Counted from the first letter of the stretch, positions 51,511 through 61,888 are shown. The stretch: 64,000 nt of DNA from an uncultured Chthonomonadaceae bacterium (GCA_963835065.1 CAWIEK010000024.1:88787-152786), one strand, 5' to 3'. Translations and numbers: made by a program. Notes: generated from the sequence alone by a model not told the origin.

Positions 51511-51546
51511 GCGCGGCTTGTTCTTTGTTGGAGCAGGCCGCGCTTT
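51511..51546 (+). terminator. Putative intrinsic terminator
   Basis: GCGCGGCTTGTTC ... GAGCAGGCCGCGC TTT. Confidence 0.5.
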
Positions 51547-51657
51547 ATGTCACAGAATCATTGAAAAAAGGCTATACTAATGTCATGGCGCGAAATTTTA
51601 TACGCCGCCCGTACCGGAAAGGCATAGCCGCAAAGATATAGTACAGAAAGGCGCGAC

Positions 51658-52266
51658 GTGGCAGGTACGAAGTCGAGCGTGATCGTGCTTGCGGGCGGGC
51701 AATCCGTTCGCATGGGGCAGGACAAAGCCCTGCTGGAAGTCAATGGCAGCGCGTTTTTGGAACAAGTGTTGGCGACAGCGCGCAGTCTGAGCCGCGACAT
51801 TGTGTTGGTCGTGGATCGCGCGGACAAGTATTCTCATTTTCTTGACGCTTTCCCTGATGTTCGCGTGGTTGTGGATGTGTTTCCTGATGGCGGCCCGGTT
51901 GTCGGAATTATCACCGGCTTGCAGGCCGCAGGTTCGGGAGCGCATTGGGTTGTGCCGTGCGATATGCCCCTGCTCAACCGCAATGTGCTGCAACAACTGC
52001 GCGACGCCTGCGAACCCTTCTGCGATGCCGTTGTTCCTGAAATAGAGGGAGAACCGGAGCCGTTGGTCGCCGTCTATCGTGACACGGCGCTCCCCAAACT
52101 GCGCGGTTATCTGGAAAGCGGGCGGCGTTCCGCGCGGCGCGCGCTGACCGAGCTGAGGGTGAAGACCATTGGCGAACAAGTTCTGCGCCAACTGGACCCT
52201 GCCTTAACAAGTTTTCAGAATGTCAATACCCCCGCCGAACTCGCGCTGCTTCGCCAGGCGCGATGA
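51658..52266 (+). CDS. mobA: Molybdenum cofactor guanylyltransferase
   Basis: LAGGQSVRMGQDKA, GPVVGI, PCDMP, EPLVAVY, FQNVNTP. Confidence 0.9.
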   Translation: MAGTKSSVIVLAGGQSVRMGQDKALLEVNGSAFLEQVLATARSLSRDIVLVVDRADKYSHFLDAFPDVRVVVDVFPDGGPVVGIITGLQAAGSGAHWVVPCDMPLLNRNVLQQLRDACEPFCDAVVPEIEGEPEPLVAVYRDTALPKLRGYLESGRRSARRALTELRVKTIGEQVLRQLDPALTSFQNVNTPAELALLRQAR

Positions 52267-52328
52267 CACAGGACAATGCTGAATGATGAGTGATGTATGT
52301 ACACTAAACCCTCTATGATTAAATTGCC

Positions 52329-53711
52329 ATGACGCTAAACAACTCTTTCGTTTATCCCGACCAACTGGAAATACGTCCTCTGGATCGCCGTCCCGACACG
52401 GCCCTTGACGTTCCCGGCTCGAAAAGTATCACCAATCGCGCCCTGATAATCGCGGCCCTTGCCAATGGCGCTTCGCGTCTTTATGGCGCGCTGGACGCCG
52501 ACGATACCCGCGTCATGATTGACTCGCTGACTCGCCTGGGCATTGCCGCGCAGTGGGAAGCTTGTCCTGTCAGCGCCACAAACACGGCAAACGCGGCTCA
52601 CGCGGCCAATGAGGTTCCTGAAATCATGCCGGCTGCCTGCATTGTCGTGGAAGGACAGGGCGGACGCTTGCCGGCGAGCCATGCCGATTTATTTGTAGGT
52701 AATTCGGGCACTTCTACCCGCTTTTTGACCGCTTTATGCGCGCTCGGCAGGGGCGTTTTCACCCTGGATGGCGTAGCGCGTATGCGCCAGCGCCCGCAGG
52801 CCGATTTGCTCGATGCTCTGCAAACCCTGGGCGTTAATGCCACCTCCATCGAAAATACGGGCTGTCCTCCTCTGCGCGTGGAAAGCGAAATTGGGATGCA
52901 GGGCGGCACGGTGCGGCTGCGCGCTGAAGCCAGCAGCCAGTATCTGACGGCCCTGCTGATGACGACGCCTTATGCGGCGGGCGATGTGCGTTTGGAAGTG
53001 TTGGGCGCGTACCGCCCGCTCTATGTGGAAATTACGCGGCGCATGATGGCGCAGTGGGGCGTGTCCATTGAAGGCAAAGAGGGGCGGTTACTCATCGCGC
53101 ACGGGCAGCAGTATGCGGCCCAGCCCGCGTATGCTATTGAACCGGATGCTTCCAGCGCGTCCTACTTTTTTGCCGCCGCCGCCGTCACCGGGGGCAAGGT
53201 AACGGTGCGCGGCCTCAATGCCGACGCGCTGCAAGGAGACGCGCGCTTTGCCACCGAAGTGCTGCCGGAAATGGGCTGCAAGGTGCAAAACGATGCGGAA
53301 GGCTTGACGGTCATCGGGCCGGCAGGGGGCAAACTGCGCGGCATTGACCGGGACATGAGCCTGATTTCAGACACATCGCTTACCTTAGCCGCCCTTGCGC
53401 CCTTTGCCGCTACGCCGACAACGATACGCAACATCGCGCATACGCGCCTGCAGGAGTGTGACCGCGTGGAAGCCGTGTGCGCGGAGTTGCGGCGGCTGGG
53501 CGTACAGGTGGACGAGCGCCCGGACGGCTATACGATCTATCCCGCCAACGACATTCAGCCCGGCACGGTACAGACCTACCATGACCACCGCGTTGCCATG
53601 AGTTTCGCGCTCATCGGCCTCCGCGCGCCCGGTATCGTCATTGACAACCCCGCCTGCGTTGCCAAAACGTTTCCCGGTTACTGGCAGGCTCTGGAAAAAT
53701 TGCGAATGTAA
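52329..53711 (+). CDS. aroA: 3-phosphoshikimate 1-carboxyvinyltransferase
   Basis: PGSKSITNR, GNSGTSTRF, SSQY, RLQECDR, DHRVAM, KTFP. Confidence 0.95.
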   Translation: MTLNNSFVYPDQLEIRPLDRRPDTALDVPGSKSITNRALIIAALANGASRLYGALDADDTRVMIDSLTRLGIAAQWEACPVSATNTANAAHAANEVPEIMPAACIVVEGQGGRLPASHADLFVGNSGTSTRFLTALCALGRGVFTLDGVARMRQRPQADLLDALQTLGVNATSIENTGCPPLRVESEIGMQGGTVRLRAEASSQYLTALLMTTPYAAGDVRLEVLGAYRPLYVEITRRMMAQWGVSIEGKEGRLLIAHGQQYAAQPAYAIEPDASSASYFFAAAAVTGGKVTVRGLNADALQGDARFATEVLPEMGCKVQNDAEGLTVIGPAGGKLRGIDRDMSLISDTSLTLAALAPFAATPTTIRNIAHTRLQECDRVEAVCAELRRLGVQVDERPDGYTIYPANDIQPGTVQTYHDHRVAMSFALIGLRAPGIVIDNPACVAKTFPGYWQALEKLRM

Positions 53712-53729
53712 TGATTGCCTGATAGCTAA

Positions 53730-53822
53730 GAGGCTATCCTAAATGGCCGGGTATTGAAAATACCCGGCAGGAAAGTGCAAGCGTCCTGCGGACGCAAATG
53801 CAGGGTCTGTTAGGATAGGTTC
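53730..53822. mobile_element. ~93-bp MITE with IS5-like TIRs and TAA target duplication
   Basis: TAA|GAGGCTATCCTAA...TTAGGATAGGTTC|TAA; inverted homologue of 36612-36705. Confidence 0.7.
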
Positions 53823-54502
53823 TAAAGCGCGGGCGGGGCGCTTGAAGGCGGCGTGATACGTTGCCGAACGCGATGCAGCCGCCACTCCACGCCTTCCAGC
53901 CATATATCCACGATTTCATACAACACCCACAACAGCAGCGCGAACGCGATCATGGCGGCTGCCAGAATGGGGGAAGTCAGCGCGTGAATCGCCACATTCC
54001 ACACATGGGCGGGGCGGGTCAGAATGTCCCACGAGTTCAGGCGGACGATCAGGCCCAGGTACACGCCCAGGGACATCAGCAGGTAGAAGGGCGCGGCGAG
54101 CGGGAGCAGGGACACGCGGATTTGCCGCAATGCCTGCGCGACAAGGCGAATGGACAGGGCGTAACACAAAACGCCCGCCGCGCTGTAGGTGACGAAAAAC
54201 AAGCCCTGTTCCGCGACCACCAGTTTCAGAACCGGGTTTTCAACCACTTCCTGCCGCAGCGCGACGGGGGCGGGATCGAACAGAAAATGCCTCCATTCCG
54301 TCAGCAGGTAGCAGGTATTCGGCAGAAAAAAGAACCAGATAAGCGCAAGCAGGGAAAGCCCCAGCCAGGCGGCTGGCTGATCTCTCCACGCGCCGGTTTG
54401 CGTTCGCATATTTTTCAATCCGGCAGCCAGCAGCCCGCCCGCAGCTACCGGAATAACTGCCAGAAACAAATTCCAGCACAGCCAATGCCACGACATCCAC
54501 AT
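53822..54502 (-). CDS. DUF1361 family membrane protein
   Basis: WNLFLAVIP, WFFFLPNTCYLLTE..H, GVYLG...RLNSWD. Confidence 0.85.
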   Translation of the reverse strand: MWMSWHWLCWNLFLAVIPVAAGGLLAAGLKNMRTQTGAWRDQPAAWLGLSLLALIWFFFLPNTCYLLTEWRHFLFDPAPVALRQEVVENPVLKLVVAEQGLFFVTYSAAGVLCYALSIRLVAQALRQIRVSLLPLAAPFYLLMSLGVYLGLIVRLNSWDILTRPAHVWNVAIHALTSPILAAAMIAFALLLWVLYEIVDIWLEGVEWRLHRVRQRITPPSSAPPAL

Positions 54503-54745
54503 ACGTTTCGCTTCCCCGTTGTCGGCCTGATGTTCGCATAATGTCAGACGGACGTTTGCTCTTGATTTCCAATTCGCCGCGAGTTTGTCCCTGCATCATT
54601 ATGGCAAACGGTTTCGTATTCCGCAGAAGACAAAGGTTTCCCGGCAGCATTTGGGAATACGGCGGCAACCTGCCATAATAGTTCCCGGCTGTTCTCCATC
54701 AAAATGGTGGTGAAAGTTTTCAGGTAAAGCGCGTTGGCTGTTCGT

Positions 54746-55030
54746 TCAGGCCGGATCCTGTTTTCGGGTCAGGTTGTAGCCCAGGCGACTGAGCGCCGCG
54801 CCGCAGAACAGGTACAGCCAGCCGGGTAACTGCGTTTGTAAAATGGCGGCAATCCCGGCAATCAGCCACAAGAGGCCCACTCCCAACACAAACCAGCCCC
54901 AAATCAAGCGTGAAACCGGCGTTGTTTTCTTTTGCAAAAGCGTTTTCCTTTGTTTTTTTGTTTTCTTGATGTTCGTAGCGTCTTGGTGGTGAAGAATTCC
55001 CTGTACTTTTATACGGACGAAGTGTTCCAA
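54746..55030 (-). CDS. Possible small two-TM membrane protein
   Basis: Basic stretch then two hydrophobic segments; start codon unclear. Confidence 0.3.
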   Translation of the reverse strand: MEHFVRIKVQGILHHQDATNIKKTKKQRKTLLQKKTTPVSRLIWGWFVLGVGLLWLIAGIAAILQTQLPGWLYLFCGAALSRLGYNLTRKQDPA

Positions 55031-55084
55031 AGTGCAGGACGTGTGCGAGTATGCTCGTGTTCATTTTTGAGGAGAGTTCCAATC

Positions 55085-55771
55085 ATGGCTACCTTTTGGC
55101 ATAAAGTGGGGCATCGGGGCACACCCCGCGAGTTCCCGGCGAACACGATGCGCAGTTTTCAGCGGGCAGTGGAACACGGCTGCACGATGCTGGAATGTGA
55201 CGTGCGGCAGGCGGCAAACGGCGTTTTAGTGTTGGCGCACGATCCGAGCGTGACGGACACGGACGGCAAAACGTATGTCGTGGCGGAAACAGCAAGCGAC
55301 ACGCTGATGCAGCTTGATTTAGGAGCCGGAGAGGGTGTTCCAACGCTGGCGGAATTGACCCATTGGGCGCGGGGGCGGTGCGCAATCATGGCGGACATGA
55401 AATGCGAAGGCAACGGCGTGGAAGAGGGAGTAGTGGCGGCATTGCGCCCCCTGGACATAAGCGCGAAAGTGGTTCCGGGCGCGGGCAGCGCCAGCCGCGT
55501 CCAATTTCGCGCCATTGATCCCACCCTGCCGCTTTCCCTGACGCTCAGTGACAGCGACGCGCAAGTGGTAGACAAAGACAATTGGGAAGGCTTGCTTGCC
55601 AGCCTCGACACGCCCGCCGTCACCTGGCATCATACGCTGCTCAACGCCGAGCGCATCTCCCAACTGCACGAGCGCAACATCACCGTCTACGCCTGGACGG
55701 TAGACGATCTCCCAACTATGCGCCGCCTGCTGTCAGAGGGAGTAGACGGCATCATCAGCAATCGCGCCTGA
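55085..55771 (+). CDS. Glycerophosphodiester phosphodiesterase
   Basis: GHRG, NTMRSF, ECDV, HD, PTL.E, WTVDD, GVDGIISN; GAGGAG RBS. Confidence 0.92.
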   Translation: MATFWHKVGHRGTPREFPANTMRSFQRAVEHGCTMLECDVRQAANGVLVLAHDPSVTDTDGKTYVVAETASDTLMQLDLGAGEGVPTLAELTHWARGRCAIMADMKCEGNGVEEGVVAALRPLDISAKVVPGAGSASRVQFRAIDPTLPLSLTLSDSDAQVVDKDNWEGLLASLDTPAVTWHHTLLNAERISQLHERNITVYAWTVDDLPTMRRLLSEGVDGIISNRA

Positions 55772-55780
55772 CTCTGTTTC

Positions 55781-56245
55781 AGGCATTAGGCATTAGGCAT
55801 TAGCAAGGAGTTTGGCGCGCAGGCTGTTTAACATCCGCGCTATCTCTTCGTATAAGTGAAATGGTTGTGCTGCGCATCCTGTGCGACTCAGGATAATTGA
55901 CCGTGCAGCGTGACAAACCGACAGAAATGTTTCCGTTTCAATCGAGAGAACCTACGCGCAATGGCAAGAATACGCGCAAATCATTCGCGCTTCCTCGTGC
56001 GCTGCCAACATTCCGCAATGTTGGCAGCGAGCGGGGAAGCGCGCAATGATTACGCGCGTAATCTTGCGATTCAGAGCGTAGTTCTCTCGTGGAATTCGGA
56101 AACATGTTCCGTCAGTTTGCTACGCCTGAACGGTACATGAGTCCATCAGCCTTCTGCCAGCACAACCTTTCATTTATAAACGGATAGCGCGCATCCTCAA
56201 TGTCTGCCTTTCCTCCTAATGCCTAATGCCTAATGCCTAATGCCT
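55781..56245. repeat. ~460-bp quasi-palindrome bounded by (GGCATTA)3 ... (TAATGCC)4
   Basis: Centre CGCTGCCAACATT-ccgc-AATGTTGGCAGCG (56000-56029); gapped self-complementarity continues outward to both repeat arms. Confidence 0.85.
55793..56205 (-). pseudogene. Four-helix-bundle (23S rRNA IVP / TIGR02436-like) gene disrupted by many indels
   Basis: Collinear motifs in shifting frames: WQKA-MD, KLTE-MFP, AANIAE, FARILAIAR-GSL-IETETFL, YEEIARMLNSLRAKLLANA*; AGGAGG at 56211-56216. Confidence 0.75.
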
Positions 56246-57263
56246 ACTCTTCCTCGGCGCGGGGGTGGGCTTTGGCGTACACTTCCATCATGCGCTCGGT
56301 CGTGACGTGGGTGTAGACTTGCGTGGTGATGAGATGGGCATGGCCGAGCAGTTCCTGCACGGCGCGAATGTCCGCGCCGTGATTGAGCAGATGCGTGGCA
56401 AACGAGTGGCGCATGGTGTGCGGCGTGGTTTTCAGGCGTTCGGAAGCAATGCGGAAATACTTGTCGAAGGTGCGCCGGATGCCCCGGTCGGACAGGCGGC
56501 GGCCAAACTTATTAAGGAACACGGCGGGGTCAGGCTTGCCTTCGTTGTGGGCGGCAAGTATGGGGCGTCCATTGCGCAGATAGTCGCGCATGGTTCGCAC
56601 GGCCATCCCGCCCATCAGGGCGACGCGCTCCTTATCGCCCTTGCCGTGCCGAATACGAATCTCGGCCTCATCCAAATCCATATCCTGCACGTCCAATTCG
56701 TGCGCTTCGCCTGCCCGTATTCCCGACGCATACAGCAATTCCATCAGGGCGCGGTCCCGCAGGCCATCGGGCGAATCATCGGGGGATTCCAGCAGGGTTT
56801 CGATTTCCGGTTCCCGCAAAAACTTGACGAGACGCTCTTCCTGCTTGATTGTAACAACGCCAATCGTAGGGTCGTTCTGCATATACCCCTGACGCTGCGC
56901 CCACCGGGAAAACGCGCGCAGGGACGCCAGTTTACGCGCCAGCGAGGTCCGCTTGTAATCGCCCTGCTGCAGCTCGGTCATAAAGGCGCGGACATGAACG
57001 CGCTCCACCCGGTGCAACGCCCCCGGCCCCAGTTCGCCATTGGTCTCCACATAGCCCAAAAACTGCGCAATATCGGCCCGGTACGCCTTAACGGTGTGCG
57101 CGGAAGCGTTCTTGGCAAGTTTGAGGAACTGCAAAAAGCCATCCAGAACATCATTGAGGGCGGCGCTCAAAGCGGGTTCCGTCAGGGGTTTGTCCGCCCC
57201 GCCCGTTTTCAGTTCCGGTTCCAGGTCAAGATCAAGTTCCAGCGTATTCGGCGCGTCAGCCAT
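56244..57263 (-). CDS. xerC: Tyrosine recombinase XerC/XerD
   Basis: SAHTVKAY, RDRALMELLYASGIR, GKGDKER, PHTMRHSFATHLL, VQELLGH, TTQVYTH. Confidence 0.88.
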   Translation of the reverse strand: MADAPNTLELDLDLEPELKTGGADKPLTEPALSAALNDVLDGFLQFLKLAKNASAHTVKAYRADIAQFLGYVETNGELGPGALHRVERVHVRAFMTELQQGDYKRTSLARKLASLRAFSRWAQRQGYMQNDPTIGVVTIKQEERLVKFLREPEIETLLESPDDSPDGLRDRALMELLYASGIRAGEAHELDVQDMDLDEAEIRIRHGKGDKERVALMGGMAVRTMRDYLRNGRPILAAHNEGKPDPAVFLNKFGRRLSDRGIRRTFDKYFRIASERLKTTPHTMRHSFATHLLNHGADIRAVQELLGHAHLITTQVYTHVTTERMMEVYAKAHPRAEEE

Positions 57264-57381
57264 GCGCTTCTCCCAGGGGTTAGGGTTTTAGGGTATTCAG
57301 GATATTCAGGAGAAGGAAAGGAGAAGCCGCTCCTTCTGTATTTTCTCCTCTTCTCCTCTTCTCCTTTTCTCCTTTTCTTCC

Positions 57382-57813
57382 TCACCCCTTCTGACGCCGC
57401 TGCAATTCCGCTTCTTCGGCGGCGGCAAGGTCGGCTTCTGTAGCGCGGGCAGGCACGTCGTTTTGCGCAGGTTTTGCGCCGACGGCCAGGATGTCCCGCG
57501 CCGAAACAAGGACGGTGTAGCGCAGGCGGAAGTCGCGTTCCTGCGGGGTCAGCCGATTGCGGCCTTCCTCGGAAAGCCCGTCCAGCCAGCGCGTTTTCAT
57601 AGTCTCCTGCACATCGCCATGCCGGACGGCAACCGCTTCCGGCAGGCTGTCCAATTCGATTTCAACCGCCGCTTCCTCGCTGGCGTACATCTTCTGCACC
57701 ACGCCGGTCAGTCCGCGAAAATGGTTGAAAAACAGGCTGGATTTCACGTCTTCCGCCGTCGCGTTGCGGTCAGCGATTTGTACGCGGTCGCCTTCCTTAA
57801 TCGTTGTCGCCAT
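57382..57813 (-). CDS. Hypothetical protein (N-terminal SH3/KOW-like)
   Basis: IKEGDRVQI...GLTGVVQK; GAGGAGG RBS; co-oriented with xerC. Confidence 0.7.
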   Translation of the reverse strand: MATTIKEGDRVQIADRNATAEDVKSSLFFNHFRGLTGVVQKMYASEEAAVEIELDSLPEAVAVRHGDVQETMKTRWLDGLSEEGRNRLTPQERDFRLRYTVLVSARDILAVGAKPAQNDVPARATEADLAAAEEAELQRRQKG

Positions 57814-57894
57814 AAAGCCTCCTCATCAAACGGGTAATTAGTTGTGTTTAGTATACCTCAATGCTTCCTTCGTTAGGGATTGGTGACCGGGGAT

Positions 57895-58031
57895 TAGGCG
57901 GAGGGTGGCCGGGGATTGAAAATCCCCGGTGTTCAATGTTGCGGACGTGGGAACCTTCATAGAGCATCGCGTCCGCAGGACGCTTGCACTTTCCTGCCGG
58001 GGATTTTCAATCCCCGGCCAATCCCCGCCTA
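57895..58031. repeat. REPIN-like inverted doublet of the CCGGGGATTTTCAATCCCCGG element
   Basis: taggcgg...ggccggggattgaaaatccccgg ... ccggggattttcaatccccggcc...ccgccta. Confidence 0.7.
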
Positions 58032-58034
58032 CCA

Positions 58035-58752
58035 CTAATACGTCCAGGTTTCGTGGCGCGCGGGCAGGCTGTTGAGAAGGGCGCGAGAAGACTGCCAGCG
58101 GGGCAGGTAATGATCCAGGAGGGCGATGAAACGCGCATTGTGCGTCGGTTCCAGCAGGTGAAGCAGTTCGTGGACGACGATGTATTCCAGACATTCCGGC
58201 GGCTTTTTTGCCAACTCCGTATTCAGGCGAATGTGGCGGGTACGGGGGCTGCAGCTTCCCCATTGCGTTTTCATCCGGCGCACAACAACCGCTTCCACCT
58301 TCACGCCTAAAATCGGTTCCCATTTTGCGATCAGCAGCGCGGCGGCGGGAGCAAGCGCGGACCGGTACCACGCTTCCAAAATCTCCTGCCGCTTTTCAGC
58401 AGTGGAAGCGGGGCGAACCTGAAGCTGTAATTCATGGTGCAGCAGCGTGATTTTGGGCGGCGCATCCTGTTCCACAACATGGAGCAGGTAGCGCTTGCCC
58501 CACAGGTAGTGGCTCTCCCGCTCGATATATTCGCGGGGCGATTTCGCGTTCCTGTTTGCGCAGCTTCTGCTGCTGTTGCTTGATCCAGCCCAGTTTGGAC
58601 AGCGCAAACACGCGGATGGTGTCGTTATCCATGCGCAGGGGCGCGGAAATCCGCACTTTTCCAACCGGCGGATAAACGCTGAGATGGATGTTCTTGATGT
58701 CTTTCTTGACGACATCCACAACGATCTCGCCAAGCGTGATCTGCGTGACCAT
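58035..58752 (-). CDS. M48/YgjP-like zinc metallohydrolase (type I R-M associated), frameshift near 58540
   Basis: KDIKNIHLSVYPP, MKTQWGSC, EYIVVHELLH..H...F. Confidence 0.85.
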
Positions 58753-61700
58753 CAGTATTCCCTCTGCTGTACCAAAATGGGAAATACCCGCTCCACCATA
58801 TCTTTATCTTGCAGCGCGTCGTACAGGGCGCGTTTGATAACGTTTTCCCGCGAATCAATGCCGCGCCAATCGTCCGGCCTGACCTGCTTCACAAGCGCGT
58901 CAATCTGAATCGCCCGTTCCAGCGCGGCGTTTTGCGCGGCCTCGCCATAAGGAACCGGGGCTTCGGCCACGCGATCCGCGCTTGGAGCAGAAGGCTGCGG
59001 CCTTACTTGCTGCATCAGATGATTGTACAGGGCGCGTTTGCCGGGCGTGTCCAACTGCGGCGGCGTGTCGTCCCCCGTTCCCATTTCCACGCGCTTCGCC
59101 GCTTCCGCCGCCCGTTTCAGGTACGCCTCGTAGGTGATGGCTTTGGCCTTGCGATCCGCGATAATCTCTGCCAGCACTGCGGACATCTGCTCATAAAACG
59201 CCGGGTCATTGAGATGTTCCCGGATGATTTTGCTGCGGATATTGTTCTCGATGATTTCGGCAACCGCCGCTTGATTGTCCCTGATTCCCTCAGGCATCGT
59301 TTCAACGGCCTTTTCAATCCCCAATTTCACAATCAGTTCCAGCAGGGAAAGGCTGTCAAAGGGTGAAATCTTGCGCGGCTCGTCGGCTTCGATGTATTTG
59401 TCAATCAGATACCGCATATCCGCTTCATAGGCTTTCAGGTCGAGTTTTTCTTCGCTGGCGTTGCGGATGGTTTCGCGCAGATGCAAAGCCTTATCAATTT
59501 GCTTTTTGATGCGCTCTTTATCCGCGCCGTGTAGCCTGCCGCATCCAGTTCGTCAGCGATGTTGGCATACGCGCGCACAAGGGCAACCGTTGCGCGATAC
59601 AGGGCCACGCGCTGCGGCTCATGCGCCTTCAAGTCTTCCGGCAGTTCCGTGTTGCCGCAGAAATAGTGTGATACATCCAAATCTCTCTTTGGGTGGTTGC
59701 CACCGGCTCGCACAACAATACGAGGGTTTCCAGAGCAATGTCCAGCCGTTCGCGGCCTTTGCTCAAGCGGCTTTGCAGCAGAATGTTGGCATCGGTTCCG
59801 TCCGGGGCGCTGTCGTCCAGTTCCGACGTATACACCTCAATCGCGTTCTCGACCTTCTTGAACAGGTCTTTGTAGTCCACGATGTAGCCGAACTCTTTGT
59901 CCTCGCTGTCCAGCCGGTTGGTGCGGCAGATGGCCTGAAACAGCCCATGATCCTGCATGGTCTTGTCAATGTACAAATAGGTACACGAGGGCGCGTCAAA
60001 TCCCGTCAGCAGCTTGTCTACCACAATCAGCAGCTTCATGTTGGCAGGCTCTTTTTTGAACTTCTGCTTGGCGTTTTCCTCATACGTTTCGGTTTTCGTC
60101 ATGCCGGGATTGGCCGCTATGTTTTTCAGCAGTTCGGCATACGTGTTGTAGATAAACTCCCGATCTGTTTCCGTGTTCGCGCCCGTGTCTTCCGTCGTAA
60201 TGTCTTTCGTTTGCGGATTGTAGGAGGTAATCACGGCGCACTTGCCTTTGAAGGGCGTCTTTTGAAACAGTTCGTAGTATTTGCAGGCGTCGTAAATACT
60301 GGATGTTACCAGCAGCGCGGTTCCCCGATGATTGCTGAAGCGCGGCTTGACGTTGAAGTCACGTGATGTCTGCACAACCCGATCCATGCGGGCTCGGGAA
60401 CTTTGCACTTTTGCATGGTTCCCCACTTCTTTTTCAGTTCCTCCTTTTGCCAGTTGTTCAAGCCTCCGGAAATGGCGTCGAACCAGGCATCTATCTTTTC
60501 CGGTGAGTCGAGCATCTGGTCAATATCCCGCGCCTCGTAAATCAGGTCAAGAACAACCTTGTCCTCTGACGGCTTCGCCATACTTGTAGGTGTGGATATA
60601 CCCGCCGAAGATTTCCAGGCTGGTCTGCTTGTCCTGTTTCAGCAGCGGTGTGCCCGTAAAGCCGATGAAAACCACGCCGGGCAATAATGCCTTCATCGTC
60701 CGGTGCAGTTTGCCGCTTTGCGTCCGGTGGCACTCGTCCACAAACACGAAAATCTCGCCCACCGCCTGGCCGGGCTGCGCTTCCAACTCCTGAATAAACT
60801 CCTCGAAGTTATCCACGCCCTTCCTGCCGAACTTGTGGAGCAGCGAACACAGCAGGCGCGGTTTGGCCTGTCCCAATTGCGCCATCAGGTCGCGCCCGCT
60901 TTGGGTACGCTTCACGGGTTCGCCCGCATCGTTGAACACGCGCTCGATTTGTTCGTCCAATTCGTCCCGGTCGGTGACAACCACCACGCGGGCATGGGGG
61001 TTGTTTTCCAGTATCCACTTCGCCAGCAGCACCATCACGATGCTTTTGCCGCTGCCCTGCGTGTGCCAGATAATGCCGCTTTTGCGCTGGTCAATATGCG
61101 ACTGCGCGGCTTTGATGCCGAAATACTGATGGACGCGGGGCAGTTTTTTCGTGCCGCCGTCAAACAGAACAAAATCGCGCATCAGTTCAAGCAATCGGTC
61201 TTTGGCGCACATCTTGAGCAGGTACTTGTCCAGTTTGTAACGGCTGTTGTCCTGCTCGTCCTCCTTCCATTGCAAAAAGTATTTCTCTTCCGTTCCCACC
61301 GTGCCATACTTCAGGCCTTCGGAATCGCTGCCCGCAAACACAAACTGCACCGTGCTGAAAAACCACTCGTGAAACTGCCCCTGCTGGTTGGAGATATTCT
61401 GCCGGATGCCGTCGCCGATGGAAACGCTGCTGCGCTTCAACTCCAGAACGCCGACCGCGATACCATTCACATACAGCACCAGGTCGGGGCGGCGCGTATG
61501 CTGGCTGCCGTGCAGCGTGACCTCTTCGGCAGCGCGAAATCGTTGGCTGCGGGCTGCTTCCAGTTGATGAAGTGAACCGTTTCATGCTTCTCGCCCGCCG
61601 CCGTCTGCACCGCAGCGCCGTACCGCAGCAAGCCATACACGGCTTTATTGTTGCCGTACAACCCCCGATTGGTGTTGTTGGCTTCCACGCGGAGCAGGAA

Positions 61701-61888
61701 AAGGGCGCGGCTATTTGCGCCGGGGTATAGCCGCTTTTGGTCAGAATGCGCCGTAAGACATGGTTCCTCGATGTTGCTGTTGCCGTCCCGGTACATCCGG
61801 TTGCCCAGATAGCGATACCCCAACTCCTGCCGAAACAGGGCAATGACGCGGTTCTGCGTTTCGCGTTCGGTTTTTCCAATGCACTCAT
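58752..61888 (-). pseudogene. hsdR: Type I restriction subunit R with roughly 8 or more frameshifts
   Basis: [61 protein letters not shown] spread over several frames. Confidence 0.88.

Noticed and set aside
55793..56205. Four-helix-bundle remnant as the Avd of a diversity-generating retroelement
   Set aside because: No reverse transcriptase and no TR/VR pair with adenine-specific mismatches in the window.
56244..57263. xerC as the integrase of the type I R-M region
   Set aside because: It looks like a housekeeping XerC/D; no att repeats or dif site were recognised.
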